Of a stretch of DNA of 64,000 nucleotides, positions 13,465 through 25,515 are shown in pieces. The position numbers and the translations under genes are program-made. This stretch comes from Octopus sinensis (taxonomy: Eukaryota). Each line of letters starts with the position of its first letter. Position 1 is the stretch's first letter. The stretch lies in the NCBI RefSeq assembly GCF_006345805.1, contig NC_043008.1, positions 26,536,001-26,600,000 on the forward strand, read 5' to 3'. The notes beneath the pieces are model-generated. The model had not been told where the DNA came from. It worked only from the letters and a program-made list of their open reading frames with translations, and did not search any database.

Positions 13465-13672
13465 AATTTTGGCATAAGGCCAGAAATTTCAGGGTAGGGG
13501 ATAAGTCGATTACATCGACCTCAGTGCTCAACTGGTACTTATTTTGTGGACTCCAAAAGGATGAAATGTAAAGTCAACCTCAGCAGAATTTGAACTCAGA
13601 ACATAAAGGTGGATGAAATGCCATGAAACATTTTGCCCCGTGTGCTTCTGATTCTGCCAGCTCACCACCTTA
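13465..13672 (-). mobile_element. tRNA-derived SINE family B
   Basis: Reverse complement gives aaggtggtgagctggcagaatc..gttctgagttcaaattctgc..cagttgagcactgaggtcgat..; further copies at 20195, 26515, 31690, 44225, 60190-60835 and 62440-62790. Confidence 0.85.
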
Positions 13673-13785
13673 ATGTCATCCAAGAAAAATTAGCCAAAAC
13701 TTTGTAAATTCACATGATACTATCAAATAAATAAAAAAATGAATAAAGGGACTCATTGAATAATGTAATCCTAGATATACTATCC

Positions 13786-14108
13786 AGTGAAGGTGCGTGG
13801 CTTAGTGGTTTGGGAATTTGATTCACGATTGTAAGAATGTGAGTTCAGTTCCTGATGGTGCATTGTAGTTTTGAACAGGATACTTTATTTCATGATGCTC
13901 CAGTCATCTCAGCTGGCAAAAATTATTTGTACCTGTAATTCAAAGGGCTAGCTTTGTTACATTCTGTGCCTTGCTGAATATCCTTGAGAACATTAAGGGT
14001 ACTCATATCTGTGAAGTACTCAACCACTTGCTCGTTAATTTCATGAACAGGCTGTTCCATTGATCAGATCAACTGGAACCCTTGTAATCATAATCGATGG
14101 AGTGCCAA
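13786..14108 (+). mobile_element. tRNA-derived SINE family C
   Basis: A-box-like tggcttagtgg and B-box-like gagttcagttcc; body matches the reverse complement of 29850-30215. Confidence 0.8.
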
Positions 14109-15044
14109 GACTAGATATACTATTTCTGTAAACCAGCTCTGGTAATCACCGCTGCAAAAATATTGAGCATAGGTCTTCTAAGTCAGAACTTATCTGGAGA
14201 TAAGCAATAACAACTGCAACTTTTGAAATCTCTCTCAACAGCCAGTCAAAACAACATTACTGGCTGGTGCAATTGTTTTGGCATGTGAATGACCAAAACA
14301 TTGGGTGGTCATTTTCCTTTAATGCTCAAACAGGACAGGAAAGGATCTCAGTTTCCACACTGACACAAGCACATATGCACATCCATACACACACTTACTC
14401 TCTTTCACATACACAAACACCCACATAAACACACATACACACATATGTGTATGCTCAGAGAATAAGAATTATTGACAGTGTAATTGGTCTTGTTATTTAC
14501 TGAAGAAAATTCTAAAAATCAAAATAGTAAAAATCAGAATATGTAAAAACATTACTGCCTCTCCCTCCATCTCCAAAAAAACCATGGGACTAATCACATG
14601 CATTGTATGTGAACTGCAGGTTTATACTTTAATGGATATTGAAAAAGCACATTCGAATTCAAAGCTCTACCTTTTGAAAGTGATGTGACTTGAAGAAAGC
14701 AAACTTGTTTAAAACATTTACATTAAAAAATAAACAAACTGGAAAATATTTACCAAAACCTGCTTTTGAAATTAAAGCAAAATTTTTGAAATAAGACAAA
14801 ACACATTCCCAAATAATTCTTTTGAGACAAGGATATGGTTTGTTAAAAGTTACAATATGCTATTCACTGATTCTCTGCTTTTGTGGCTTTAATTCTGACG
14901 ACAGTGTGTTGACAAACTATGGATTTCCAATTGTCACATTGATGTAAACATCTCTTGCTAATGTCCAATAGTAAAAAATATACGCAAACATTCACATGTA
15001 CATATGTACACACATATATACAAATCTATATATGTGTATATGTA

Positions 15045-16330
15045 TGTGCATATGGCATGACTTTGATGGTTTGATAGGTGAGGGGGAGCTGGAGAGCTGC
15101 ACTCTGATCCATTGTCTGCTTTGGAATGGTCTCTACAGCTGGATGCCCTTTCTAACGCCAACCACTTTACAGAATGTACTGGATACATTTTATGTGGAAC
15201 CAGCACTGATGATTTTTACATGACACTGACACTAGTGAGGTCACCAAGTAACTTGTGATACAAAGACCTCTCAACTGGTAGAGGGAGGTGAACCACAGGA
15301 AGTGGTTTTGTGCCAATGGAGAGGTTAGTGTATAACAAAGAGACAGAGATAGGTGTCTTGCTATAGAAGAGATATTTATATGAAAAGAGAGGAGAGAAAG
15401 GAGAGATAGAGGGAGGGAGAGAGAGAACTAAAAATAGATGGTGCTGGAGATGCACCAGGACCTACCCACTGGTAGCAGATAGCATGAGCATAAGTGGTAC
15501 TGAGGGGATAGTGAGGTATTTCATAAGAGTGTGAAACAAGATGTTTAGAGATGGGGAAAGAGGTGACTGTAGCATGCAATAGGGAGAGAAATTGGAGTGG
15601 TTGGGAGTGGGAGTATGGTAGATATGTGAGGGCATGTAGAGTGTGTGGATATGCATGTGAGGGGGAGTGGAGGGGCCTACAGCATGTAAGGGATTGTGAT
15701 CATAGGTTTTGAGATGAGGGTATATAAAGAAGACAGGTTATGGGGCAGATTTGGCAGGACAGATTGTGTATGTGTGAGGGGTGGCTTTGCTTAGCTTGAT
15801 ATATCTTCTTGTTGTGGTGAGAGTCACGTCCCTCCCTGTGAGAATAGACTTGACCGAATGAATATAAATAGTAGCAGTCTGAGTGAGAGACAGAGTAGGC
15901 GCTAATCACAGGAAGTCATAAGGTGTCATTTTGGTAGTTTGTCGACATATCGTTTGATGGTTCATCTATAGTTTATGGAGAGTTTGTTGGATTGTAATGT
16001 TATGTTGTTCTTACTCTGCTTCATTATATATTTCATTGTCATTAGTTATAGTGTACACAAGTATGGTCATAAATAGTGGTGATACTACAATAATTGGTGA
16101 TGAGTAACTACATTACAATACTTCTCAAGCATAGTAAGTCATCAGAAATCTCAGTTTTTTGTTATCACCTCTGTGGGAATAAACATCTGGAGATCATTTC
16201 CCACCACTTTGTCCCACATTGTCTTGGTTCTAACTCTTGCAAAGTTTCCCTCCACAATTAGAGATCAGCACATCTTTATGCAGCTGTCCTCATCCTCACA
16301 CATCACATGACCATACTAGCACAATCTTCT
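15045..16330 (-). mobile_element. RTE LINE 3' portion (RT C-terminus, long CT-rich 3' UTR, tail)
   Basis: Minus-strand YGHVM.EDEDSCIK..TMWDKVV near 16330-16150; shared tail at 15050-15215. Confidence 0.65.
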
Positions 16331-16399
16331 CTCTAGAACACTATATCTGATGCTTCTTATAAACAATTTTTCTCTTAAAACACTTACACTCAGTCATAC

Positions 16400-16950
16400 A
16401 TGTCCCTGCTATGTGGGTGCTACGACTTCTGATACCTGATCAAATGTGCACCAGGCTGATCACATCACCAGAAAATTTCACATTGCGTGAGGTAGATGCA
16501 GCTAGTTTTCTTGAATGTTTCCTCAACTGGGATGAGTTTTGAGCTCATCCCTTTGAGTCAGAGACAAAGTGACGATCCGTGCTGTGGAAACACCCTTCCT
16601 CATCTGCTCCAAAGGAGGCTAAGATCATTTTCTCTTTAGGGAAGGTGACGACCTCAGTTTTGTGGAAGCAAAAACCATTGCGCTTATTCAAAAGGGCTAC
16701 ACGATCAATGGAGAGTACAATGCCAACTTGCTGAGGCAGTTACATAAGGCTATCAAGGCCAAATGCCGAGGAAAACTGATGGAAAGGGTCTTGTTTGAAG
16801 AAGACAATGCTTCAGCACACAACTCCTTGTTTTCAATGGCTGCTGTGCATGACTGTGGCTTTGAACTGGTTGATCTTCTTCCCTGTTCTCTTGATTTGGC
16901 CCCATCTGACTATCATCAGTTCTCTAACAGGGAAAAGCACTTGGCTAGGA
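16400..16950 (+). mobile_element. Mariner transposase fragment
   Basis: WVLRLL, W..HPFESETK, DNASAH, SLDLAPSDYH motifs. Confidence 0.85.
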
Positions 16951-17130
16951 ACCATGTAAAAAGCACCCAGTACACTTTGTAAAGTGGCTGGCCTTAAGAA
17001 GGGCATCCAGCCATAGAAACCATGCCAAAATAGACAAATAGAGCCTGGTGTAGCCCTTCAGTTTGCCAGCTCCAGTCAAACTGTCCAATCCATGCCAGTA
17101 TGATAAAGAGACGTTAAGTAATGATGATGA
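16950..17130 (+). mobile_element. RTE-type tail
   Basis: catgtaaaaagcaccc..aagaagggcatccagcc..atgatgatgat. Confidence 0.7.
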
Positions 17131-18330
17131 TAATTTTAAAAAAATCTGTGTTATATTTTCATATATAAGTATGAGTAATAGACCAAATAAAACAAAGAAG
17201 CAATAGTTTTCTATATTTTTAACTGATATGTTTTTTTAACTTTCCATGTGAAGTACACCAGCATATTTTTTCATTTGATCCCCAGTGTGTCATAAAGTCA
17301 AATATACTTGTGAAACAATAAGAAGAGTTATAAAAAAAAAGAAGAAAATTTGTGTTGAATTTTACTTTGATATGGACTCAGAAATATGTTTATAAAAATT
17401 CCATATATTATTCACTGTTGTTCTCAAGTAAACACATTTTATTTATTACCATCTAGTGTATTCTGTCTGAAACAAATTTTAATAAATAATATAGCATGCT
17501 ACTGTGGTGTTACCGCTTTATAGTGATTTGATCCAAGAATTATATATACATTCTGCTAATGGAATTCTTAACAAAATCAATACCTCTTTTAGGCAATTTT
17601 ACATTACCATTTGGATATTAAGATGAGGTCACCTTTAGTATGTCGCTCTCTACTTTATATATATACAAGCCTTTTAGTATAATATTACTCATGAATCAAA
17701 ACACTTTTACATCATTTGTATTAGTAAAACACCACAATTCAACTAATCGGTCGATTGCCTGCTCAAGATATTAGTAGAATGGTATTTACCATTAAATCTT
17801 TAGAATTAAATTCTATTACAAAAGAACCATACTTTCCTGTTATGAGACAGAGAACATTTTACACAAGAACAATATACCTCTTTGTTGAAATGAAACAATT
17901 ACATCTAAGGATTGTTGTCTTCATTCAAGTTTGTGTAATATGTAAATGCCAAATACTGGCATCAATATTAGTAGACACAAGGTACCTGTTTATTGTCTAT
18001 TTTGTGTGCAAACTTATCAAAGATTTTCTTAATGAATCCCTTGATTTCTCTGTCTTGCTAGAAATCTTTAGACAATTGTTACATATTTATATAAACAACA
18101 CAGCTAAAATAAGGAAAGAATACAAAAAGAAAATCGGATATCATTTTAATAAATTAATATCATGAGAAATATAAACATTTATCAGCACAACCCTAAAATA
18201 ATTCCACCCCTACTGTGTATATATACATACATATATATATATTATAATTCGAGACAAAACCACTATTTTAAAACCAAACAAGGAAAGACTTAATCAATAC
18301 ATAAAATTTTAATATAAATTAAATAAACCG

Positions 18331-18374
18331 CCACTACAATTGTTTCATGTCTGCTACCGACAATCTTCAGGTGG
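18331..18374 (-). ncRNA. Minimal type I hammerhead ribozyme (mirror copy)
   Basis: Exact reverse complement of 18429-18472. Confidence 0.75.
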
Positions 18375-18428
18375 ATTTTCGATCTTCTAATCAGTATCAA
18401 ATTTGATACTGATTAGAAGATCGAAAAT

Positions 18429-18472
18429 CCACCTGAAGATTGTCGGTAGCAGACATGAAACAATTGTAGTGG
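18429..18472 (+). ncRNA. Minimal type I hammerhead ribozyme (predicted)
   Basis: CCAC-CUGAAGA-U-UGUC(ggtagca)GACA-U-GAAAC-AAUU-GUA^GUGG: helix I CCAC/GUGG, core CUGANGA, helix II UGUC/GACA, GAAA, palindromic helix III, GUA cleavage triplet. Confidence 0.75.
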
Positions 18473-18644
18473 CGGTTTATTTAATTTATATTAAAATTTT
18501 ATGTATTGATTAAGTCTTTCCTTGTTTGGTTTTAAAATAGTGGTTTTGTCTCGAATTATATTATATAATATTTTACTATAAAATTGGATTTAACCCTAAA
18601 TCTGATTTTTCCCTGTAATTTTGGATTCATTCCCTAATATTTAT

Positions 18645-18678
<34 letters not shown>

Positions 18679-19689
18679 AGATAAAAGTGTGTAGACAAAT
18701 GATTATGTTCAAGGCTTGAATACTCTATAATGGAACAATAAATCAGCTTGTTAAAGTTGTTGAAGGCTTGATCCCTAGCTTAGCTCATGAATATCACTTT
18801 CTAGTAAGCGAATACTGATTAAAACACCATATATATAATACAAAGCAGATATCACTATAAATTTAGCCCAGAAAAAGTACTTACAAACAGTCATCTGCAA
18901 GACGTATTCCTCTGACAATGTAACTCATGCTAGCATCAAAGGGGACAAATGATGAATAAACAAATTTGTTCTAAGTGTAATGTGTTCATTCGTAATTCAC
19001 ATATCTAATAAGTCCAGTTCTAAAGACAGACCTATGGCATAGAAAAACCAGATGAATGAAGCATCCATTAGCATTTCTAACAAATATTCACTCGAAGGAA
19101 TATTAGGGTATGTTGTGTGGAATTTAAGTGTTCCAGTGAGGTGTGGAGCTGATCTTAAGAAGTATGGTGATATGTTTTGTCCGTGATTGACCTCATTATC
19201 TAACATACTTTAAGCATATAGCTGTATACATACATACATACATACATACATACAACAAGAAACCCCACCTCAGGCAAATTTACCTATTTTTTCCATGGAT
19301 TAGAAAATGTGGTACAGCCTTATTTGATTTTCAGCCCTCATTGGACTTGTCATTGTTCTAAATTTGATACAACAAAGCACCAGTTATGTACCAGGGTCAT
19401 TATACTCTCCTGATCCCTTTACCCTAATTTATTGCCCTGTTCATATGTAAGGAATCATTATTGTTGTTGTTGCTATTCTTGCAGTATTCGTTTTTGCAAT
19501 AGTAGTTTATGTGTACAAATTTAATTTACTGGCAAAGCAGATATTGGGTTGGTTGATGAACATGTTTGAGTGTGTGTGTGTGTGTGTGTGTGGTGTGTAT
19601 GTATGTAAATTTAATATATTTTCTGTGTGTGTGAATAGCTGAGTGTGCAAGTGTGTGAATGTTTTATATGTATGTATGTGGTATGTTTA

Positions 19690-20130
19690 TGAATATGCTT
19701 GGCATATATGTTTGTTATTCTCATTATATGACTCTTTGTTTTTCTCTCGTTGAGAGATTGCCAAGTAATGTATTTAGTTTCTATCCTTGTGTTCATTAGT
19801 TCTGTTGCTCATCTTAATGTATAAGTGATAACCCATATACTTGTTAACTCTTTTAGGTATTTTTTATAGAAGTCTTTTTGTATAGAACATTTTATTTTCT
19901 TCTCTGAAAGAAATTTTTGTATCTGAGAGGCATAGCTATTACTGAATATAGTTTTGTCCTCTGGTCCATTCTCAAATATTCTATTTTATGTTTGTTTTCA
20001 GAGTCATGTGCTGTTGTATTTTTAGACTAAGGTTCACTACAACATTTTTCAGGTTTGTACTCAAAGCTTTGCTGAATTGTTTCAATTCTTTAATGCATAA
20101 AGACATTAGCCATTTATAAGTGCTTCTCTC
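19690..20130 (-). pseudogene. Decayed ORF of probable retroelement origin (possibly Penelope-like N-terminal region)
   Basis: One frame of about 140 codons with 3 stops (KWLMSLCIKELKQFSKAL..SLNERKTK); no diagnostic motif. Confidence 0.25.
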
Positions 20131-20194
20131 TGATACAAAATCTCATTTTTTTCCCATCTATTTAATTATAGATTAAAAGCCATCATACAATATT

Positions 20195-20410
20195 AGTTTC
20201 AAATTTTGACATAAGGCCAGCAAGTTTGGCACAGAGTATAAGTCGATTAATTCAACCCCAAGGTTCATCTGGTACTTATTTTATCAACCCCAAAAGGATG
20301 AAAGGTAAAGTCGACTACAGCAGAATTTGAACTCAGACTGTAAAGACAGATGAAATGTTGCTAAACATTTAGCCTGGTATACTAACCATTCTGCAAGCTC
20401 ACCACCTTTA
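20195..20410 (-). mobile_element. SINE family B
   Basis: Homologous to 13465-13672. Confidence 0.85.
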
Positions 20411-21074
20411 TCTATCATGAAATATTACAAATTATTTTCCCCTCTCCTCACAGGTTCCATACAAATTTTTGTGAGTAATGTGCTTGTGTATTTCATGGAA
20501 TGTTTCCTGAATGGACTACTTACTGCCTGGTAGGATTTAGATTTGAAATATACTTTGCATGAAACATGTATAATGTACTGAGTTGGTGCAATAAACAAGG
20601 CTTTTGCAGAGACATTTTCTTTTGAGGAGTTTGAGTTATATAGTAAAATACCTGTCCATTGCACCATCAAAACTTGATTGTAAAAGATTTGCAAGAAATA
20701 TTTAGTACAAATCTTAAATCCATTTTCATGTTCCTGTTGAAGAACTGCCAGTTTGAGGTTAGGCCAAAGTGGTTATCAGTTAAAGAGTGTTGCTATCTTG
20801 TTATGGAATTCATATAAGATAACGTTATTTCTGGTCTTTTTTGTGGAAGATTTTGCAATGTTAACTTATTAAATGATTCTGTTGATTGCTTCTTCATTTG
20901 CCAATACTTATTCTTTTACTTATTCCTTGTGACAGTTACCTTGTGATTCTTAGAGGGTGATTAGATTTTGATTCTTTGTGTAAGATTTGACAGGTTACCT
21001 TAGTGATTCATGGGATTTCACAAAAGTTCTCTTGACTGCAATTTATCTCTGTCATTATCGTTACTTTTTAACAG

Positions 21075-21143
21075 CCTTCAGTGGGAGAAAAGGCAAGGCT
21101 TCTTAAAAAGGAAGAGATGTTATAAACAGTTTGAAGATCTAGT
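21075..21143 (+). CDS. Candidate 69-nt host exon (unidentified protein)
   Basis: Pyrimidine-rich acceptor ..ttactttttaacag, donor GTGAGT, symmetric phase-2 frame LQWEKRQGFLKRKRCYKQFEDLV, in apparently unique DNA. Confidence 0.3.
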
Positions 21144-21479
21144 GTGAGTGTTTGTAAACAAATAGTTTCTGCTAAAATTTCACAACAGCCAGGTGTTAGT
21201 GTTAAACTAATTGACATTCAGTGAACATGAACATAAATATTGATACACTTTGAATATGAATACACTCATGAACATGCGTGTATTTTCTTCTGGGAGATTC
21301 TACAAAGCTTCCATGTACCAAATTTCAAACACAAATTTGTGGTTAACTGAGACACATTATGCTATCGAATCCAAAACCGTGTAGTTTTTAAAACAAATGT
21401 TATAACCACAACCAAATAATTCCACATGATATCAGCTATATGACAACACATATTCATTGAAACCCTGCATCTATTGTCT

Positions 21480-22120
21480 TTACAATTTTATGTTAATGTT
21501 GTTTTCAATACACACACACACAATTTTACTATTTTATCAGCAGCTTATTTATGCCAGCAGTGAAGAATTCTGGAGAGCAAGAGGTGATGAAATCACAAAA
21601 GGCTTTTTTTCATCTTCAGATTTGAAGTTTTTTCCTTGCAAAAAGCTGTCTAATTCCTGGAAAACGTGATAGTCAGTTGGTGCAAGGTCTGGTGAATATG
21701 GTGGATGACAGAGAACTTCCAAGTTCAGTTCCTGTAACTTGAGTAGCGTTCTTTGTGCAACATGTGGTTGAGCATTGGCTTGTATCTATTGACCAATCTT
21801 GGCTGTTTAATTGCAAGGTCACTCATCATTTCATCCAACTGGTTGATGTATACATCCACTTTAATTGACTTACCAGGTCTCATAAAGTGGTAGTGGATGA
21901 CACCAGTGCTGCACCACCAAACGGACACCATTAGCTTTTTTTTTATGAATATTCTTTTTGGAATTGTGTTTCAGCACTTCGTCTCTGTCCAACCACCATG
22001 CAGAATGCTTGCTTTTGTTGAAAAGAAGCCATTTTTATTACAAATAACAATACAATGCAAAAATAGTTTACTTATATGCCATGACTGCAAAGAACAGCAA
22101 GTTTCCTACATCGGTAAGCA
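21480..22120 (-). mobile_element. Mariner transposase fragment (Hsmar1/SETMAR-like)
   Basis: MVSVWWCSTGVIHY, HPPYSPDLAPTDYHVF, PEFFTAGINKL. Confidence 0.85.
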
Positions 22121-22124
22121 TGCT

Positions 22125-22900
22125 CTATAGCCGTGTTGACAAGGAGATTTTTAGAAAAAAGTATAAAAAATAGTTCAGAATTACAGAGAAGACAGAATTC
22201 CTTGCCTTTAATGGAATTAATGTAGGTAACTTTCTCTGTATAACCTGCTTTAAGTAAGGCAGAGTTATAAAATTCAGTCTTCCTACTGATTGCCCTAGAA
22301 TGATTACTGAATTGGCTAATATATATAAGATTGGTCGATGGTTTGTGTCATGGGAAGTACGAATTATTGTGTAAGTTAAGTGTAATCTCTAAAATGTTGA
22401 CCTTCATTACACCATCATCAAAAACTATGCTTAAGCCCATTCTACGGAAAAACTTAACCAAACTATCCTTAACTTTTTGTACTTTTTAGTCAGAAACATT
22501 TTGATGGTAAAGTAAACAATCATCACGATATAAACCTCCATTGATGCTTGGGAACTGTTTTGCCATTTCACAAAGTATATATATGCAGACTAAATCAGCT
22601 ACTTGTGCTGAATCAGAACTTCCCATCGTAACATCAAAACCATTGGGTGTGTCTTCACAGATCCACATCTTATTGTCAAACTTTATGATAGATTTTTTGG
22701 TGGCCAACACAACATTAATTTCTTCCCTGGTGAGACCAGCTCTGTTATGAGCAAACCAAAGTGACTTATTAAGTACTATTGGGTTGATGGAGGAATAAAA
22801 ACTAGAAATGTCAGACTGGATAAACTCCGCGCACCTCTTATTAGTAATAGAATTAACCAGTCGACGACTTGGAATGAATTGGACCATAAACTAAGCTTTA
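22125..22900 (-). mobile_element. Penelope-like retroelement relic (RT with YRDD motif, internally deleted)
   Basis: FIQSDISSFYSSI, FDVTMGSSDSAQVADLV, GLYRDDCL, VNILEITLNL..SYFP.HKP..YISQFSNH, then C.LC-type C-terminus (CLLCNSELFFIL). Confidence 0.8.
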
Positions 22901-22950
22901 ATTTTAAAACTAAGGTAGGAATATATTTATCTAGAATATATTTATCTAGA

Positions 22951-23117
22951 AGGCAAGTGCTGCCTTTGGCAGGCTACGCAAGACTGTCTAGAGCAGGAGG
23001 GGGATCACCATCATGACAGAGATCAAGGTGTAACAGGCTGTTGTTCTCACAATGCTGCTTTACAGCTGCGAGTCCTGGACGGTCTACCAGCATCATGCCA
23101 GGAAGCTGAACCACTTT
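22951..23117 (+). mobile_element. RTE/BovB-like RT C-terminal fragment
   Basis: ASAAFGRLRKTV*..IKV*QAVVLTMLLYSCESWTVY..HARKLNHF in one frame with 2 stops; about 53% GC by count. Confidence 0.8.
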
Positions 23118-23394
23118 ATATATATACATATAAGTATTTAAATATATATATGTATATATATTTGGAGCCTAGTGCATCCGCTGAATCTCCAGACCTCAGT
23201 CAAACCATCCAACCCATGCCAGCTTGGAAAACGGATGTCAAACGATGACGATGATGGTGTTGATGATGATATATATATATATATATATCACAGTTAAATA
23301 GGTATCATTTCTGCAATGTTTATTGCATTCGTCATTTGTATTTTAATAGTGAGTAATTTGTTGTTTTAGAGCAATAGCTCTGTTTATAGCCAGT

Positions 23395-23592
23395 GGTAAT
23401 ACCCTGTGCAGGTGGAACGTAAAAGCACCCACTATACTCTTGGAGTGGTTGGTGTTAGGAAGGGCATCTAGCTGTAGAAACTCTGCCAGATCAGACTGGA
23501 GCCTGGTGAAGCCATCTGGCTAGCCAGTCCTCAGTGAAACTGTCCAACCCATGCCAGCATGGAAAGCGGACGTTAAACGATGATGATGATGA
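23395..23592 (+). mobile_element. RTE-type tail (another partial copy at 23165-23270)
   Basis: Close match to 6880-7049, ending in (GAT)n. Confidence 0.85.
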
Positions 23593-23656
23593 TGGCATAC
23601 ATATATACATGAATGTATGTTTATACATGTATGCATGCATACACACACATACACAA

Positions 23657-24913
23657 CACACGGTGCGGTGAATAAACTGTATCTAAATTATGCAAACATG
23701 AAAAAACACTGACATCTCATTTTATCAGTTATATTTACCAAAATTACGTAAATATATCTTGTAATGCTAATAAGTAATCTTATTTAATAAAATCACAATT
23801 TGTTTCAATCACGGCGTCCAGACAACTTCAGAATTTCCTGCTACTCTTCTGGACAGTCTCCTTCATTAGGTTGGTGAATGCTGGCATAATCCTTGCCTTC
23901 AGTACAAGTCTTTGGTGCTACAAGGAGTTTTGCTGGTCTCCCACTCAGTTGTGTCACACCCATAATAACCAAGGGAGTTGCAGTCAGTGGAGTTAGGCGG
24001 CCAGATGTTAGGGGTAATGTGGTCAGAGATTATCTGGCAGCCATTTCTGGGTTTTCCTGCTTGTGTGGCATGGTCCAGAGTCTGTTGCCAAACATAGGAT
24101 CTTCCATCAGGCAGCTTCTAGACCCAGGGTAACACTACCTCCTCCAGGCACTTGATGTAGGCCTCTGTGTTGAGTGTGAGGCTGTGTGGGAAGATGAATG
24201 GAGACATAACGTTGCCATCACTAGTGATCACTCAAAACACCATGATATTGACTGGATGTCTGATTTTTATCCCTCTTGGTACATGTTTTGGGGACACAGC
24301 AAGCCAACTGTTATTCAGTGTCTACTGTCTCTTCCTGGCAGAAATTTTTCTCGTCTGAGAAAAACCAAAGCATGTTCGGTTGGAGGAGATGCTTGAGTTT
24401 GTTCAAAAGCTTCGTAGCATGGTCTTTCCTCTTGGGATAAAAATTTAACCATTTTCATCTTGTATGAGGAATACCAAATGTCTTCATGTACTACCTTTCT
24501 GATAAGAAACTGCCATGTCCCTGGCGATGGACCTCATTGATTTGGAGGGATCGTTGTCAATCATGGCCTGGAACTCACCAACAATTTCAGGAGTTCTTTT
24601 CCTATCAGAACAATCAGAGTGAGTTTACAGAGCTGCCATACCTTTGTAATTACCATTAGACTCATCCAACTCTCTCTAAATCCTTTGCAGTGTCCTCAGA
24701 TTGACATCCAAACACCCTGAAATGTTTGTATTGGAGCTTCTGGTTTGAATGCCAAGCAGTACAACATGTCATTTCCGAATTTCTGGCAGAGTGAATTGCA
24801 TCATGGTGCTGTTATTCTCAGAGACAGTGTAGTTGACAAAATCAAAAACAAACAATGCACATGCATGAAATTAGAAATATATAATGGCAAGAATTTACCC
24901 ATTGCACCCTGTA
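23657..24913 (-). mobile_element. maT/DD37D-type Tc1-mariner transposon, decayed full-length copy
   Basis: YVWQQ.., ITPNIWPPNS.DCN.L.YY motifs; TIRs cacacggtgcggtgaataaa and tttacccattgcaccctgta. Confidence 0.8.
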
Positions 24914-24924
24914 GAAGCAAAATT

Positions 24925-25515
24925 AAGGTTAGTTAAAATATGTTCAATTGCTAAAAGGCAAATTCACTGCAGTTATGCTGGACAAAATATCTCTCTTATG
25001 GTAAAAAAAAAGTGAAAATGCCTGGCTTGTTAGGTGTCACCATCTGTTAGGAATTCCAGGCATTGATGTTTTGAGTTTTTTGACTCTTGTTAATTGGATG
25101 CACCTAAGAGATGCAACTCTGAACCAACTTATAAAGCAATAGTTTTATGTAAACTTCAATCAGCATTGTTGACTGCTTTGTGCTGCTAGATCACCTGATT
25201 GAGGAAAATAATGGAATTTTTAAGTTACAATATGTTTGTGATATATTTCAACTGCTAAAAGGCAAAATCACTGCAGTTACCACTCTTTCTTATAGTAAAA
25301 AAAAGGTGTGAAAACACCCAGTTTGTTCCGTGTCACTATTATTTTATAAGATTTGCTCAGAGTTGCCCCTCTCAAGTACATTCTATTGACAAGAGTAAAA
25401 AAATTCGAAATATCGATGTCTGGGAGTCCTGATAGATGGTGACACTGAAAAAACCAGGTGTTTTCACATCTTTTTACGATACGAGAAATATTTTCACCAT
25501 GGTTAAAAACATCCT
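24925..25515. repeat. Unclassified repeat of about 300-350 bp in tandem-plus-inverted arrangement
   Basis: Unit 24935-25230 restarts at about 25230; an inverted copy lies at 25345-25510; same family at 62040-62445. Confidence 0.7.

Larger units (their letters stand above)
18243..18560. repeat. Perfect 318-bp palindrome (159-bp arms, no spacer)
   Basis: Arms compared base by base and found exactly complementary; centre between 18401 and 18402 (gtatcaaa|tttgatac); near (TA)n runs on both sides. Confidence 0.97.

Noticed and set aside
13786-13860. tRNA-like sequences at SINE heads
   Set aside because: No complete cloverleaf; they continue into SINE bodies repeated across the window.
18243-22900. 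A single collinear Penelope element running from the RT (22.9 kb) to the palindrome (18.2 kb)
   Set aside because: The RT relic has its own C-terminal end near 22125 and is decayed, while the palindrome is pristine; they are probably separate insertions.
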